A stretch of 64,000 bases of DNA from Octopus vulgaris (GCA_951406725.2 OX597820.1:104036001-104100000); one strand, 5' to 3'. Positions 39,428 through 53,106 are shown, numbered from the stretch's first letter. Numbers and translations are program-made. The notes: a model not told the origin generated them from the sequence alone.

Positions 39428-39605
39428 ATATAATCAAAATAAGCAACAAGTATATCTTAGGTAATTTGGTACAATCGTTTCATGCTACTTCATTTTATTA
39501 AACATTGTAAGTATTACATCAGTTTACAATGTTTAATAAAATGAAGTAGCATGAAACGATTGCACCAAATTACCTAAGATATACTTGTTTCTTATTTTGA
39601 TTATA
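39428..39605. repeat. Long near-perfect hairpin (arms about 80 bp)
   Basis: tataatcaaaataag...aaacattgtaa / ttacaatgttt...cttattttgattata with a loop of about 13 nt. Confidence 0.9.
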
Positions 39606-39697
39606 ATCACCCCACGGATTTATATGGATAATACCATACAAAATTCTGGTGCCTCTGACTTAAGTACCATATTCATCTGAATCTAAATTTTGCTGAA

Positions 39698-39767
<70 letters not shown>

Positions 39768-39975
39768 AGGCTACAACTTGGGATCGAAGTCGAGTTGGTT
39801 ATTGATCCGCCTGGTGTTTATCTCTTCCGCTATGATGCATGCCTATTTTAAACGTATTTCTTCTCATGGTAGAAATAGTGAGCAATTCGTTGGTAGAAGA
39901 TTTAATTGCTACATGTCATAGATCTGATTTTCAAGGCATTTCGCTGTCCTATTTTGTGTGTGTAGCGCGTGTTAA

Positions 39976-40056
<81 letters not shown>

Positions 40057-40689
40057 CGCGTCTTTTGTCAACATGTGTATATTACTTAAAAATTGTACGT
40101 TTCTGTCTAGATCCAAATCAGATCTGATTTAATAGACTCATGGCCATCTTGCTTTGTTAACATAGTGCATTCAGGTGGCTTAGTAGTTATGGTGTAGCAC
40201 TCTTGATCGCAAGATTGCGGTTTCGATTGCCGTATGATGCGTTATATTCTTCAACAAAATATCATTTTACGTTGTTCTGCGATCACTTCAACAACTGACG
40301 TGTGGTACACTGAGCACCTGTACAGGTAAGGTTTACTTGACGGAAGGAATGAGCAAATGGACAGTCCCAACATCTGATCACTATAAGCAAATTACCTGTA
40401 TAGGTTGTCCAGGAAGATATTGCAGAAAATCTGTCGTCTACGACAGGAGAATCTACATTTTTTTAGAACTACGTTATTCAATGTGTACCTGCCGTTTCAA
40501 GACAGTGTTATATCATTTGAGAGAAAATTTGGTTGGTACTTCTAGCAAATGAAATGACCACGTAGAGGTTCCCTCGAAGGTTCAGCAACATGGTTCCAAA
40601 GCGAAATGAAAATAGGCGCCAATGACAGTGATGGAGAATTGGCGGTGACAGATTTGTTTATACTTACATATTAACAATGCCCTCTAGAA

Positions 40690-40896
40690 CAGTGGTTTTC
40701 AACCAGGGTTCCGCGGAACCTTAGGGTTCCGCCAGTACAGTTCAGGGGTTCCGCAAGAAGTTACAAAACTGCTAAAATCGGCAGTAATTTTTAATTCTCC
40801 TGTGCAGAAGACTATTAAATTATTGCACAGGGGTTCCCCGAGCCAGTGGAATGTTTCCTTGGGGTTCCGCTCCAGCAAAATGATTGAAAAGCACTG
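40690..40896. mobile_element. hAT-type MITE
   Basis: TIR cagtggttttcaacca / tgattgaaaagcactg. 8-bp TSD ctctagaa. Confidence 0.85.
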
Positions 40897-40950
40897 CTCT
40901 AGAACATGATAAACATGAAAGCAACATTAATTTCCTGTTTTATATCTTAG

Positions 40951-41020
40951 GTTGTAGCTGGGAACGTGTCTGCTACGCCAGAAAGTATTATACTGAGGGT
41001 GCGAAAGCTTTCGATAAGAT
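40951..41020 (+). CDS. ADA2: ADA2 coding exon 3 (not in ORF track)
   Basis: Acceptor tttcctgttttatatcttag. Encodes (G)CSWERVCYARKYYTEGAKAFDK, matching the ADA2 C..W....R.........FD pattern. Donor GTAAGT at 41021; phases 1 and 2 fit both neighbours. Confidence 0.85.
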
Positions 41021-41503
41021 GTAAGTAGATTTATTTTGATTTACAGAATTCAATTACAGCACTTAGGTCGATATACTGGGACACTGTCTTATATGAATTT
41101 AACCGAGGATATCATAACTAGTTGTTTAGTTTATTGAATTTTTTAGGATGAAAGAGACATAACCAAAACAAACGATATTCTACTGCAGGATTGTGCGACC
41201 CAACGCTGATACAAATACACGCACAGCCGCGCCCACACACAACCACAGATTATACATTCACATCGAGATAAATATCCACACACAACCATACACACACGCA
41301 CACATACATACATACATACATACATACATACATACATACATGCATGCATGCATGCATGCATGCATACATACATACATACATACATACATACATACATACA
41401 TACATACATACACGCATGCATACATACATACATATATACATATCTACATACATACATGCATAATACATACATGCATGCATACATATATACATATATATAT
41501 TTA

Positions 41504-41874
41504 CTATCAGTATCACCCGGTGTTGCTTGGGTTTGTTTCGACCCTTTAGAATTGGAATTTTTGAAAAGTAAAAATTTTGCGTTATGCAACTTGTTATTCT
41601 CTTCAAGTGAACATTTTTCCAGTTGAAATACACCGAAAAATGGTGACACAGCAGTCAAAAATCGTAAAAAATAGGGATTTTCATAGAAAAAAGCACCTTT
41701 TTGATGTAAATAATTTTTGGTGTTAACATGGTCCGATTTGAATGAAGAGCAAGCCTTCTTCTATCATACTCTCAATTTTGGTCAACTTGCGCTGCAGGGA
41801 CTCGAAGGAGATAGTGTTAGTTGAAGGCTACCAAACCTGCCACACACAGACAACTTCAGCTTTATATATATAGA
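41504..41874 (-). mobile_element. Non-autonomous Helitron-like element
   Basis: Minus strand begins A|TCtatatatataaa and ends in an imperfect GC hairpin cccaagcaacaccggg...gATAG|T (CTAG-like). Similar 5' ends recur at ~41925-41993 and ~42530-42595. Confidence 0.55.
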
Positions 41875-42685
41875 TTTGCTACACACTACTTTCCATCCTT
41901 AATAATGAAACTTGGTAGATCCAAAAGTTAAACACACAGACACACACACAGATACACACACAGACACACAAGTTGAGTTTTATATATATAGATTTCTCAA
42001 CGGGGATTTCAGGGGAGAGTTTCAGGGAGTCGCTGCCGATGTATCGTGATGATCAAAAATCCGGCCTGCTAAAATTTGGTTAAAGTGATTCAAACTGCAA
42101 CCTCAGCGCAAAATGGTCACATTTAATTCAGAGCGTTAAAAATGTTATGAAAACAATTGGTATGTGTTCACAAAGTCCAAACGATTAATACGAAAAAAAC
42201 TCTCCAGGCTACATTCCGAAAATTCATTTCTTTGCCGAATTTCTACAATGTTTACGGCGATTCGTTTTTATATCTTGATTTTTTTATTTTTCATGCAATG
42301 TACGCATGCTTGCACGCGTGGTGAACACAGTTCACGTCAAACAGCTGACTGAGTAAAGTTCACTATTAAATGCATGGGATAAGGCCTAAACAAACACATT
42401 ATCGATTTTTGCACTTGCGAGATGAATTTCGGAACAGAAATAGCACAGTTCAATTTTCATTCGCCTAAACTTTAAGTGACCCATTTTTGGTGGTTCTACG
42501 ATTTGTTGGCTAGGAGGAGATGTGTCGGGAAGTTAAACACACAGAGACACACAGATACACACACAGACACACAAGTTGAGTTTTAGATATATAGATATAT
42601 ATATAGGCTGAGTCAAAAGCAGCGCCCAGTTTCTGAGAAGTCATGCCTTTCATTGTTGTTTCGCTTTGAAAGGTACTAAACCTGC

Positions 42686-42732
<47 letters not shown>

Positions 42733-42734
<2 letters not shown>

Positions 42735-42943
42735 GGGTGAGTCAAACGTAGTACCCAGTTTCTAGGAAGTCATGACTTTCTTTGTTTTTTTCAGGTTATT
42801 ACTGACAGCTTTGGATCATGTATCACGTCGTTAATATACTTTGATAGCCCAACCCGTAAAACAAGGATTAAGGGTCAAATACTAACTGGGAAGTCATACA
42901 TATCAACCCTAAAACACGAATTGGGCGCTACTTTTGACTCACC

Positions 42944-42947
<4 letters not shown>
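42733..42947. mobile_element. Tc1/mariner-type MITE
   Basis: agggtgagtcaaa ... tttgactcaccct inverted ends in TA context; an extra left-end copy lies at ~42604-42655. Confidence 0.55.
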
Positions 42948-42999
<52 letters not shown>

Positions 43000-43042
43000 A
43001 TATGTATGTATGTATGTATGTATATATGTATGTATGTATATA

Positions 43043-43094
<52 letters not shown>

Positions 43095-43324
43095 CAAGTA
43101 AAGGTAATAAACCTCATTAAGGGATCATAAATCCAATGAAAACACTGGTTAGTTACCAATCTATTGAAAGTTCAACTATAAGATAACCATATAAACCGTG
43201 GTTCATATATTTATATATTTAAAGAATAAGGAGAAAATGGAGAGGCAATTAATAAACAATCGTTAGTTAACGGTCTTGTAGCCTTTATCTCAACATGTAT
43301 TTCTAATCGGTATATCTTTACTGC

Positions 43325-43404
43325 CTCTGAAGAGATTCATCTTAGAATGATTTTAATTTTATAAATTATTTATCTTAAAATTGCAGAATCGAAACAGCTG
43401 TCAG
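43325..43404 (+). ncRNA. Type I hammerhead motif (PLE type) in ADA2 intron
   Basis: CTGAAGA(43327-33)-gattc...gaatc-GAAA(43391-94)-c-agct-g-TC(43402). Palindrome ACAGCTGT; stem I only about 2 bp. Confidence 0.6.
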
Positions 43405-43487
43405 AGATTTGTCATATTTTATAATTAATAAATAATTTTATTAATTACCTCTCCATTTTCTCCTTATTCATTACACACACACAAACA

Positions 43488-43528
<41 letters not shown>

Positions 43529-44539
43529 GGCCTAGTGGTTAGGGAGTTGTATTCCCTATTCTTAGACCGTTGTGTTCTTGAGCAAGATACTTTATATCAC
43601 GTTGTTCTGTGATCACTTCGACACCTGATGCGTGGCAGACCGTGCACTTGTTCAAACAACGTCGATTTGATGGCGGGAGTGAGCTAACGTACGGCACATA
43701 CATTTGATCACTATAAACAAATCATTCATGCAGATCGTTCGGAAAAATACTGAACACTCATACGCCGTCTTCCATGGGTGAGTCTACCGTATATACGCTA
43801 TACACATGTACTTATACACAAATGTACTACACATATAAATGTAACAGTTAAATGTTGCTTATAGATGCAATGGATGCAGTTGTTGCTAATTTTGGTAGAT
43901 TATTTAAACTTTGTGACACAGTGTGCACAAAATGAATCAATTGAAAGTAAAACAGTTATTTCTTAAAGATTTTATTTATCCGTCACAGTCCGTCGTTAGG
44001 AATAGTATACAAAGGCTGCATCAGTCTGCTGTGTTAAGTGGTAAGAAGATTTTAGTAACGACAAGGCTCGAATACTTTTGGTAATGTTTGCATCAGGGGT
44101 AAGTGCTAGGAAGAGACAGCATGTTCATTTACCGAGATGCCAGGCAAACGAATAGTTCTTCCAGCAAGGTATCGGGCAAAAGAGAGAGCATGCACCTTCA
44201 CAGAGTTGTCAACTGAAACAGAGAAGTACTTCTTCGGTAAAGGTGCAGAATGAAAGAGAGAGAATTTTCTTTGGCTTCCGTATTTGTACATGAGCGAAAT
44301 TTAGAAGCAAGTGGAGATAACAGAAGATGGTGAATGTGTTTATCAGTGTTGAAGTGAATTTAATCTCAGATATTCAGTTAAAAAATAAAGTACTTATCTA
44401 CGTATGACAGCTGATTCTCATAAATTTCCCAGTACGAATGCCGAGAACAATAGAAAGGAGCTTACAGAAATATGTAGACTAAGGTTTCGATTCCTGGCGA
44501 AGAATCCAGAAAACGATCCTTTTCATATATGTATGCATA

Positions 44540-44608
<69 letters not shown>

Positions 44609-45938
44609 CGTGCGTGCGTGTATGTGTGTGCGTCTGTATAAATATATTTACTTACATATGTATATGTATGTATGCTTTTTACATGTGTGCACGAGTGTAT
44701 ATATACATCTACACACATACATACAGAGAGAGAGAGAGAGATGAATTAGTGAACGATCATTTTTATCAAAGAAGAAAAATACCCAATATATACAATATAC
44801 TTTCAAATTTTCCTAGAAACTGAAGATTCTTGCATCGTTTCTCTGAGTCTCCCGTTGCCGAAATTCAAACGACTGAAGAAGAGAAGTAGCATGACAATAT
44901 ACAGGCAAAAATATGATTCGTCATTGAGTTTTGACCAGTTACCAAAATATTCTTTATGTCAAGTGTTCTCTACTCATTATTTAAATACAGAACACGTGAT
45001 ATACTCACCATTCACATTTTAAAAATATTTGATAGCTTCATGTCTTTTGTATCTCATATGTAAAACACAAAATCAATACAAGTGACTGGTGTTAGTGCAG
45101 TTTTAGTGTTGATGAACTACTGAAGGATTTGTTGTTGTTGTTGTTGTTGTTGTTGTTTTAATATGACGCCAGTTAGCATTTGCAAATTCTCCAATAAATA
45201 TCAATGGATATATCTGCATGAATTCACTAATTCTGATCTTTTGTTTAAAATTGCAAAATGCCCCAATACGATGTTACACTTCTCTAAGAAACAAAAGCCA
45301 CTCCTGGATTCTCTAATGTAAAGAAATACATGTTCTATCATTATAGAACATGATCAGTTTTATAACTATTAATATTATCATCCCTGAAATTTCAGATGTG
45401 AGTTGGTGACATCTTTCTGAGTATTAGCTTTACATATATGCGAGTATGTAAAGCTTGCATTCTGTTACTCTTTCTTCGCTTTCAAAGATGTCTAAGGCTT
45501 CACCTCTTTCACACTGCAACAACGGAGAATGAAGTACAAACGGCCAGTGATTCTTGACTACTCTTGCCTATGCTACACCTTTTGTGTGATGAGACCAACA
45601 GAAGTGGGGCTACTTTATTGTTACAGACGTGCGTATATACGCCGTTCGCCGCCACGAAATGCCCGCCGTCTCTTTGTGGATTGAAAGAACTCGAGTACTG
45701 ACTTATTCTGAATTTGGTGTATGGTGAGGGAGGACCAACGTCAAGGATGCGCTGGGGTGATTGCCTGCGCGAGTATGAGTTTATGTGTGAGTGGGTGTGA
45801 GCGCATGCTTGTGTGTGTAAGTTTATGTGAAGAATTAGTTATGTATTTCTTTTCACAAATAATAAAAGCAATCTTTATGTTTGATTATTTCTAGCAAACT
45901 TGGAAACTTTTTCTTTTTTGTCTTTGTTCTCTCCGAAG

Positions 45939-46149
45939 GTTGATCAACTCAATTATATTCAACAGCGATAAACTTATGTCAGTCACATCAAATCAAACTG
46001 CAATATGGAAAACTTTTGAAGAATATTTCTCGCTTACGAGAAACCTGATTCGTTATAAACCTGTATTCTCAAAGTACATTCATCATGGTTTAACTGAATT
46101 ATTAAAAGACAATATCCAACACGTTGAAATACGCATCTCTTTGTCATCA
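45939..46149 (+). CDS. ADA2: ADA2 coding exon 4
   Basis: Pyrimidine tract plus AG at 45937-38. Encodes NQTAIWKTFE...LIRYKPVF...DNIQHVEIR (ADA2 W..F and DNV.Y.E.R motifs). Donor GTAAGT at 46150, phase 0. Confidence 0.92.
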
Positions 46150-48874
46150 GTAAGTACATGATTCTATTTTCTTTTGTTTTCTATAAACCAGTGAATTTTA
46201 TATTACTTTTCTTCAGCTGTCTGAACAGAAGGGATGAGTTTTAGCCCTTATTTAACCCCCCCTCCCCCCCCCCAAAAAAAAACAGCAAGGCTAATGTAAA
46301 TGTTCCCGGAAATTGAGAGTCTCAAGAACTTAATTCCATTTCATGAAGTTAAGCAGATGGCAGACAAATCTCTTTCCCGAGATAGAACGTAGCACTACAC
46401 CGCACACACATACACACGCACACACACGCACACGCAGGCACGCACCTACGCACACACACACGAGCATACACACATGCGCACACGCATGCACACACATACA
46501 CACACACACAAAGGTACAGTCAAATGATTCAGTATTAAATCACAGCGACTCAGCCATGAACGGAGGTGTGCAAAATTAAGTATATTCCTCATGCACACAA
46601 CTGAACGAATGTTGATTTGATCAAAAATTCCACAGGCTTATTGTCTTACACTTTATTCACCGAGTCATTTAATTCTCACCGTTGAACGAGCGGGAAATAA
46701 ATAGGTGAATGAAGTTTGTGCGATGCTTCTGTGATTGTAATTCAATGAAAACTACTGAAGGTTTGTGATTTAAGTGAAAACATAGGCAGGAAAAATTTTT
46801 TAAAGAAAGCTTAGTCATGTGAAAAACGGTGGACTTAAAGTGAAGATAGTAAAGGCTTCTAAAACACTCTAACTACCTGATTGTTTATGAGCCGTCCCTT
46901 GAACTTTTTTAATGGTAAGATAATGAAGAAATGGCTTTAATAGTTTCCAGAAAACATTAAAGAAATGCCATTTTAAATGATTCTCCACTATAACTTCATA
47001 CACCTATTCTCTTACTTTTATCTTTAACTTGTTTCAGACATGAGACTGCATCCATACTGGGGCACCGCCTTGAAGGGTTTAGTCGAATAAATTAATCCCT
47101 GTGCTAATTTTTTTAAACCTGATTCTTATTCAATCGGCCCCTTTTGCCGAACTACTAATTTGCACGAATAAACCAGCCGTGAAGCGGTGGTGGGGTACAA
47201 GCACAAACACGTACACATTCATGATGATGGCTATCCACTCGTGACCGAGAAAAACCACCACTGACCATTACCCATGCAAAATGTCAGCAATTCCAGTGCA
47301 TAAACGTATGGCATCCGTGGTCAAATTCACTCGAGCTCGCGACCGCGACTTTTATGCTCCCTGTAGCGCCCTCCTACTCGACCTCGCTGGCGATTGTGCA
47401 ACCCCAAATTTTAGGTTAAATAAGGCTTTCACAGCATCTCACAACCCTTTCTACTCAACTGGCATGATTCAGAGACAAGTTAGGACAAGTATCTAGTGCC
47501 AAATTGGGTCAGGCTCAGGAATTTTGGAGCGTCATGATCCCAGAAATGTCAAATACCATTCACATACATTCCTGGTTTTATATCAGAGTGACCTTCTCCA
47601 AGAGACATGCTTTAACAAAAGCTCATGAGTACCTCACTCCCAGTGGTTTTCCAGCACGCCGAACACCAACCCGGAATTTCTGAGGACTCGTGTTATTACT
47701 GTATAGTCATTGAACCTACATTAGGTTCAACCGTTCTTTTGACTAGTCTTGTTTTTAGTCCTTATATATATATGCAACAGGTTTCATTGAGTTTCAGTCC
47801 CCTGTATCTACTCACAAGGATTTAGTCGGCTTGCGGCTATAGTGGAAGACACTTACCAAAGGCACTGCGCAGTAACATTGAATCTAAGTCATCAAGGTTG
47901 GAAAGCTAGCTCCTTAACCACACACCTCTGCATGCGCTTATAAAGCCAGCCATGCACTTTTAAAGCCGTGCATGCGCCTATAATATCACACATGCGCCTA
48001 TAAAGTTACGCCTGCGCCTATAAAGCCGTCCCTGCACCAATAAAGCCACGCCTGTGCCAATTTTTTTTAAAATAACTTTTTTTTTCTTTTACATTACAAC
48101 TGCTACTGCAATTGAAATCTTTCATAGACCCATAAACAACGAGATGTCGACCACTTTTTAGTCTGTCTATGCTTTTGTGTGACGTAACACCAGAGTTGAG
48201 AAAAAAAAATTTACCTATCCATTTAACATATATAAGCACGTATATTAATATTTTACGTTCTATAAATTTAACAATTGCTCGTGAATTGTATTTAATATCA
48301 ATATGGACAGTTTATAGCGTTTGAAACTTTGGAAGTTATCATATAAACCTGAATATTCAGGGGGTAACAATTTGGACGAGAGCATTTTACTTTGTTTAAC
48401 ACAAATTATCTCTCTTACAAAACTCATACACGCGCACGCACACATTCACGCACACATACACCAACTATATAGATATATACATATGTATACATATATGTGT
48501 GTGTGTATATATATATATATACACACACACGAGCAAAACGCCCCCGTCCAATGGACGGCGCTGAGTTGTCAAACATTTAAGCCAAATTTTCTCAAAACAA
48601 CTTGTCCGACTGTCCCATAGGCCTCCCCTTTGTAAAAACACTGATTTAACCTAAATTTGAGACACCGTGCTTTTTTCTCGCGTACGCGTAGTATCGATCG
48701 CAACAGCTGATGTACTTGCGCGTACAAATGCACGTTCCCACGGCTTTATCGATCGCCTTCTCACCTGGAATCGATTTTTGCAATTTTTTCAAGACTTATA
48801 CATGCCCTGATACCGTCGGTATCTACATATCAAATTTGAGCGCAATCGGATGGAGGATGCCCGAGATCCTAGAA

Positions 48875-48931
<57 letters not shown>

Positions 48932-49738
48932 CGGATTTTATATAATATATAACATAAATGGCTATTCGGGAGGTAATTACGTATTTCACTGCAATAAATT
49001 TGTCGGCCAACTAAGGGATGACGATGCTTAAATGATAGAAAACGACAACTAGATATCTAGTTCTCGTTTATCAACATTTTTTTATCCAGTAATGTTTATT
49101 ATAACGTATAGTAATGCTTAATCCCTTGGAAGATAAAGATGACATTAAAGAGGAGCATATCCGCCTTTGTTTACCGTATGAATTTCGAATGATTAGAATT
49201 GTTACACTGGCAATGAAAAACATTTGCGGAGTAATATATCGAAGCAGTGAAGGCTTGTTCGCGTTGTTTATGAGTTCAAAATGTTCAAAATGACAGCTAT
49301 GATTTTTCTGATCAACAACAGGAATTACGCTTTGAGAGAAAACTGTTGAATCAGATCTTTGTCAAAGCATGAGAGATTTGGTGTATAAACTGAATGCATT
49401 AAGTTCAACGGTCCACGAATGTCTCACAAGAATTGGAAACTGTACAAAGAGAGGATTTGGCTTTCTCGTATACTCAACGTTCTACCATCTGCATCGTTTC
49501 TTGAACAGGAAATAACAATATCTATTTTCTGCATTATTTGTTACCGGCGATGAAAAATAGATACAGCATGTCAGCAGAACAAGACAAAAAATATCAACAA
49601 TTATAAGTAAATGAGAAACCAGTGCAAACACCGAAGCTAAGACTTTATCTGCAAAACACGATGCTATGCATCAAATGTTACAGGAAATGTTGTTCATTTT
49701 GTATCACTGAAATTAAGAAAGACCATTACTATGAGAGT

Positions 49739-50000
49739 GGTGGCGCGTGGCTTAGTGGTTAGGGTGTCAGCATCATGATCGTAAGATTGTGGTTTCGATT
49801 CCTTGACCGGGCGACACGTTGTGTTCTTGAGCAAAACACTTCATTTCACGTTGCTCCAGTCCACTCAGCCGGCAAAAATGAGTAACGCTGCGATGGACTG
49901 GTATCCCGTCCAGCTGGGGAACACATACGCCATAGAAACCGGGAAACCGGGCCCATGAGCCTGGCTAGGCTTTAAAAGGGCGGATTTATATTTTTTTATA
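49739..50000 (+). mobile_element. tRNA-derived SINE nested in mariner
   Basis: gtggcttagtggttagg...ggtttcgattcc head; TSD tactatgagag on both sides. Confidence 0.8.
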
Positions 50001-50041
50001 ATACTATGAGAGCTTATTTCCTGTAAATTGATAGTCTAAAT

Positions 50042-50348
50042 CAGTGGTTTCCAACCATTTTTTTATCTGTAAACCCCATTGATTACTATTTTGTTCTTGT
50101 GGACAACCATAGCCATTCAATGTTTAAAAACTAGTTTTATTGAGACTTCTTTCATTGACTTGCGTAGGTAAAACGTTAGAGAAAGAAACCTAGCTGTTTC
50201 TTACAATAGATACATTTAAATAAAAGCTTTGCATGGACACCTAAAATATTTCTGTGGATCACCAACCTATTTTTTTACTAGTGTGGCCCCACCAAAAAAT
50301 CTTATATGGAGCCCCGGGGGTCATAAGCACCCTGGTCGAGAACCACTA
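50042..50348. mobile_element. hAT-type MITE nested in mariner
   Basis: TIR cagtggtttccaacc / ggtcgagaaccacta. 8-bp TSD gtctaaat. Confidence 0.8.
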
Positions 50349-51043
50349 GTCTAAATGAAGCATCACATCGAAAATGTCCATGTTTGGTAAACAGAGAAGT
50401 TGTTCTCCTGCAAGACAACGGAAGGCCTCACCGTACAAAACGAACCGAAGAAAGATGAGGTCGTTGAGATGTGAAGATCTTCCACATTTCCCATAGTCAC
50501 TGACTTTAGCACTTTCGGATTATAACTTGTTTCGATCTCTAAGAGTATCTTATGCGTAGCAGAAGCTTCAAAAACAAAGATGTTGAAAACTGTGTCAAGC
50601 CTTATTCCTCGGGAAAGATGCAAAATATGCAATGACTTTCCGAACACCCTAACACACACACAAACACACACGCACAAACACACACACACGCACGCACTCA
50701 CACACAGATGCACACACACACATACACACACGCGCACAAACACACACACGCACTCACACACAGATGCACACACGCACACATTCACAAACAGACACACACG
50801 CACACAAATACATACATACACATTCATATGCATGCATGCATGCATCTTTGTATGTATACACTTATGTACTAATATACATACGTTTAGATAAAGAGTGTGG
50901 GTATATGTGTGAGAAAGAGAGAAAAAGGGGAAAGCGAGAGAGAAAGTGAGAGAGAGAGAGGGAGAGAGAGAGAGAATGTGTTATATAACGCTTGTTTCAT
51001 TAATGTAAATATTGACTCATTGTTCTATTTCTGTAACTGTTAG

Positions 51044-51171
51044 ACATACCAGCTTGATGGAAATCGGTCCAGTTCCCTAACCGTAGCAGAGCAATTGGTT
51101 AGCGCAATCAATTCGTTCAGAAGGGAAGAATGTTCGAACTGTACTGTTCGAATAATCGTCACTTGCCACAG
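51044..51171 (+). CDS. ADA2: ADA2 coding exon 5 (not in ORF track)
   Basis: Acceptor ctgtaactgttag. Encodes TYQLDGNRSSSLTVAEQLVSAINSFRREECSNCTVRIIVTCH(R), with the YxLDG motif. Donor AG|GTAAAC; phases 0 and 2 fit. Confidence 0.87.
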
Positions 51172-51265
51172 GTAAACAGAAAAAAGAAACGAAAATTACG
51201 TCCATTTGAATTGTTATCGGTCACATCTCAAAACCTGCTTTGATGTTGCGACTCATGCCTTTTAG

Positions 51266-51300
<35 letters not shown>

Positions 51301-51303
51301 CAT

Positions 51304-51389
<86 letters not shown>

Positions 51390-51418
51390 CGAGAGAGAGA
51401 GATAGGTAGATAGATAGA

Positions 51419-51474
<56 letters not shown>

Positions 51475-51835
51475 CTGCTCGCTTAGCTAGCGGGGTGGCG
51501 TCATTCGAAGGCTAAAAAACAATGCGAACGCATTGTGACCAGCGATGTGTAACAACATCTGATGGTCTGGTATATATATATATAAAATATCGTTTACATT
51601 AGAACACATTAAGAGGCTTCCAAATAGGAAAGCCTTGTGCTAGAAAGAGCAGTAGAAAACTCAAACCACTAATTATGGATAAATTCTCGAAAGGATTGAA
51701 AATTAAAAACGTTTACCATTTAATTTAGTTCCTAGACCAAGGTTTCTAACTCATTCCAGTAAAAAAATATTTACTGAGGCTAGTGTGCTAGGCCACTGGT
51801 AATAAACATTTCTATAATTCTTATTACCCTAATAT

Positions 51836-51879
<44 letters not shown>

Positions 51880-51880
<1 letters not shown>

Positions 51881-51998
51881 TTAAAATTATAAATTAGGGT
51901 ATCTACGAGATACCACCATGCTGAAAACAGCAGCAATGATCTGACTGCTATTTTCAGCATGGTGGTATCTCGTAAATACCCTAATTTATAATTTTAAT
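51880..51998. repeat. Near-perfect hairpin (arms about 54 bp)
   Basis: attaaaattataaattagggtat...gcag / ctgc...ataccctaatttataattttaat. Confidence 0.9.
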
Positions 51999-52871
51999 AA
52001 TTATTACCTTTGAAGGTTATTTTTTCCATGCTGGCCACTTGATAAGACCGTTATTTTATTTTAAATTAACGATCTTATCCTTATATATGTGTGCGTGTGT
52101 GTCTGTGTGTGTCTGTTCGTCCCCACAACATCACTTGACAACCGATGGTGGTGTGTTTACGTCCTCGTAACTTAGCGGTTTGGCAAAAGAGACCGATAGA
52201 ATAAGTACTAGGCTTACAAAAAATAAGTCCTGGGGTCGATTTGCTTGACTGAATGCAGTGCTCCAGCATGGTCACAATCAACTGACTGAAACAAATAAAA
52301 GAATAACAGATGTATGTGTGTGTATGTATACATTTCTTTTTTCTGTTATTCTTTTATTTGTTTCAGTCAGTTGGTTGTGGCCCTGCTGGTGCACTGCCTT
52401 CAGTCGAGCAAACTGACCCCAGGACTTATTCTTTGTAAGCCTAGTACTTATCCTATCGGTCTCTTTTGCCAAGCCGCTAAGTTACGAGGACGTAAACACA
52501 CCAGCATCGGTTGTCAAGTGATGTTGTGGGGACGAACAGACACACACAGGCACACACATACACACACACATATATGTACGAAGGGCTTCTTTCGGTTTCC
52601 CTCAACCAAATCCACTCACAGGCTTTGGTCAAACCGAGGCTATAGTAGAAGTCACTTGCCCAAGGTGCCACGCAGTGGGACTGAACTCGTAACCATGTGG
52701 TTGGTAAGCAAGCTACTTACCACACAGCCACTCTTGCGCCTCTACATACACACACACATATATAATTTCGAAATTTTTTCCCCAACAGTGGTTTGGATTT
52801 TGGCTACGCCTTCTAGCCTGCTAGGTGTCCTATGATGGTCACCTCTTATATGTTTAAATGTAAACTGTATT

Positions 52872-52885
52872 TACATATACATGTA

Positions 52886-52932
<47 letters not shown>

Positions 52933-53028
52933 ATATATATGTATATATACATTCATATATATGTATGTATATACATACATATATATGTATGTATATATAC
53001 ACATACATATACATATATATACATATAT

Positions 53029-53106
<78 letters not shown>

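Larger units (their letters stand above)
48960..50652 (+). mobile_element. Highly decayed mariner transposon with nested insertions
   Basis: Remnants EHIRLCL.YEF (~49150), VTGDEK*I (~49540), [10 protein letters not shown] (~50400) and [12 protein letters not shown] (~50510). TIR-like end gactttccgaacaccctaa. Confidence 0.7.

Noticed and set aside
51730-51795. Minus-strand hammerhead-like fold (GAAAccttgGTCtagg); similar case at 20838-20900
   Set aside because: The topology is suggestive but the CUGANGA core is absent.
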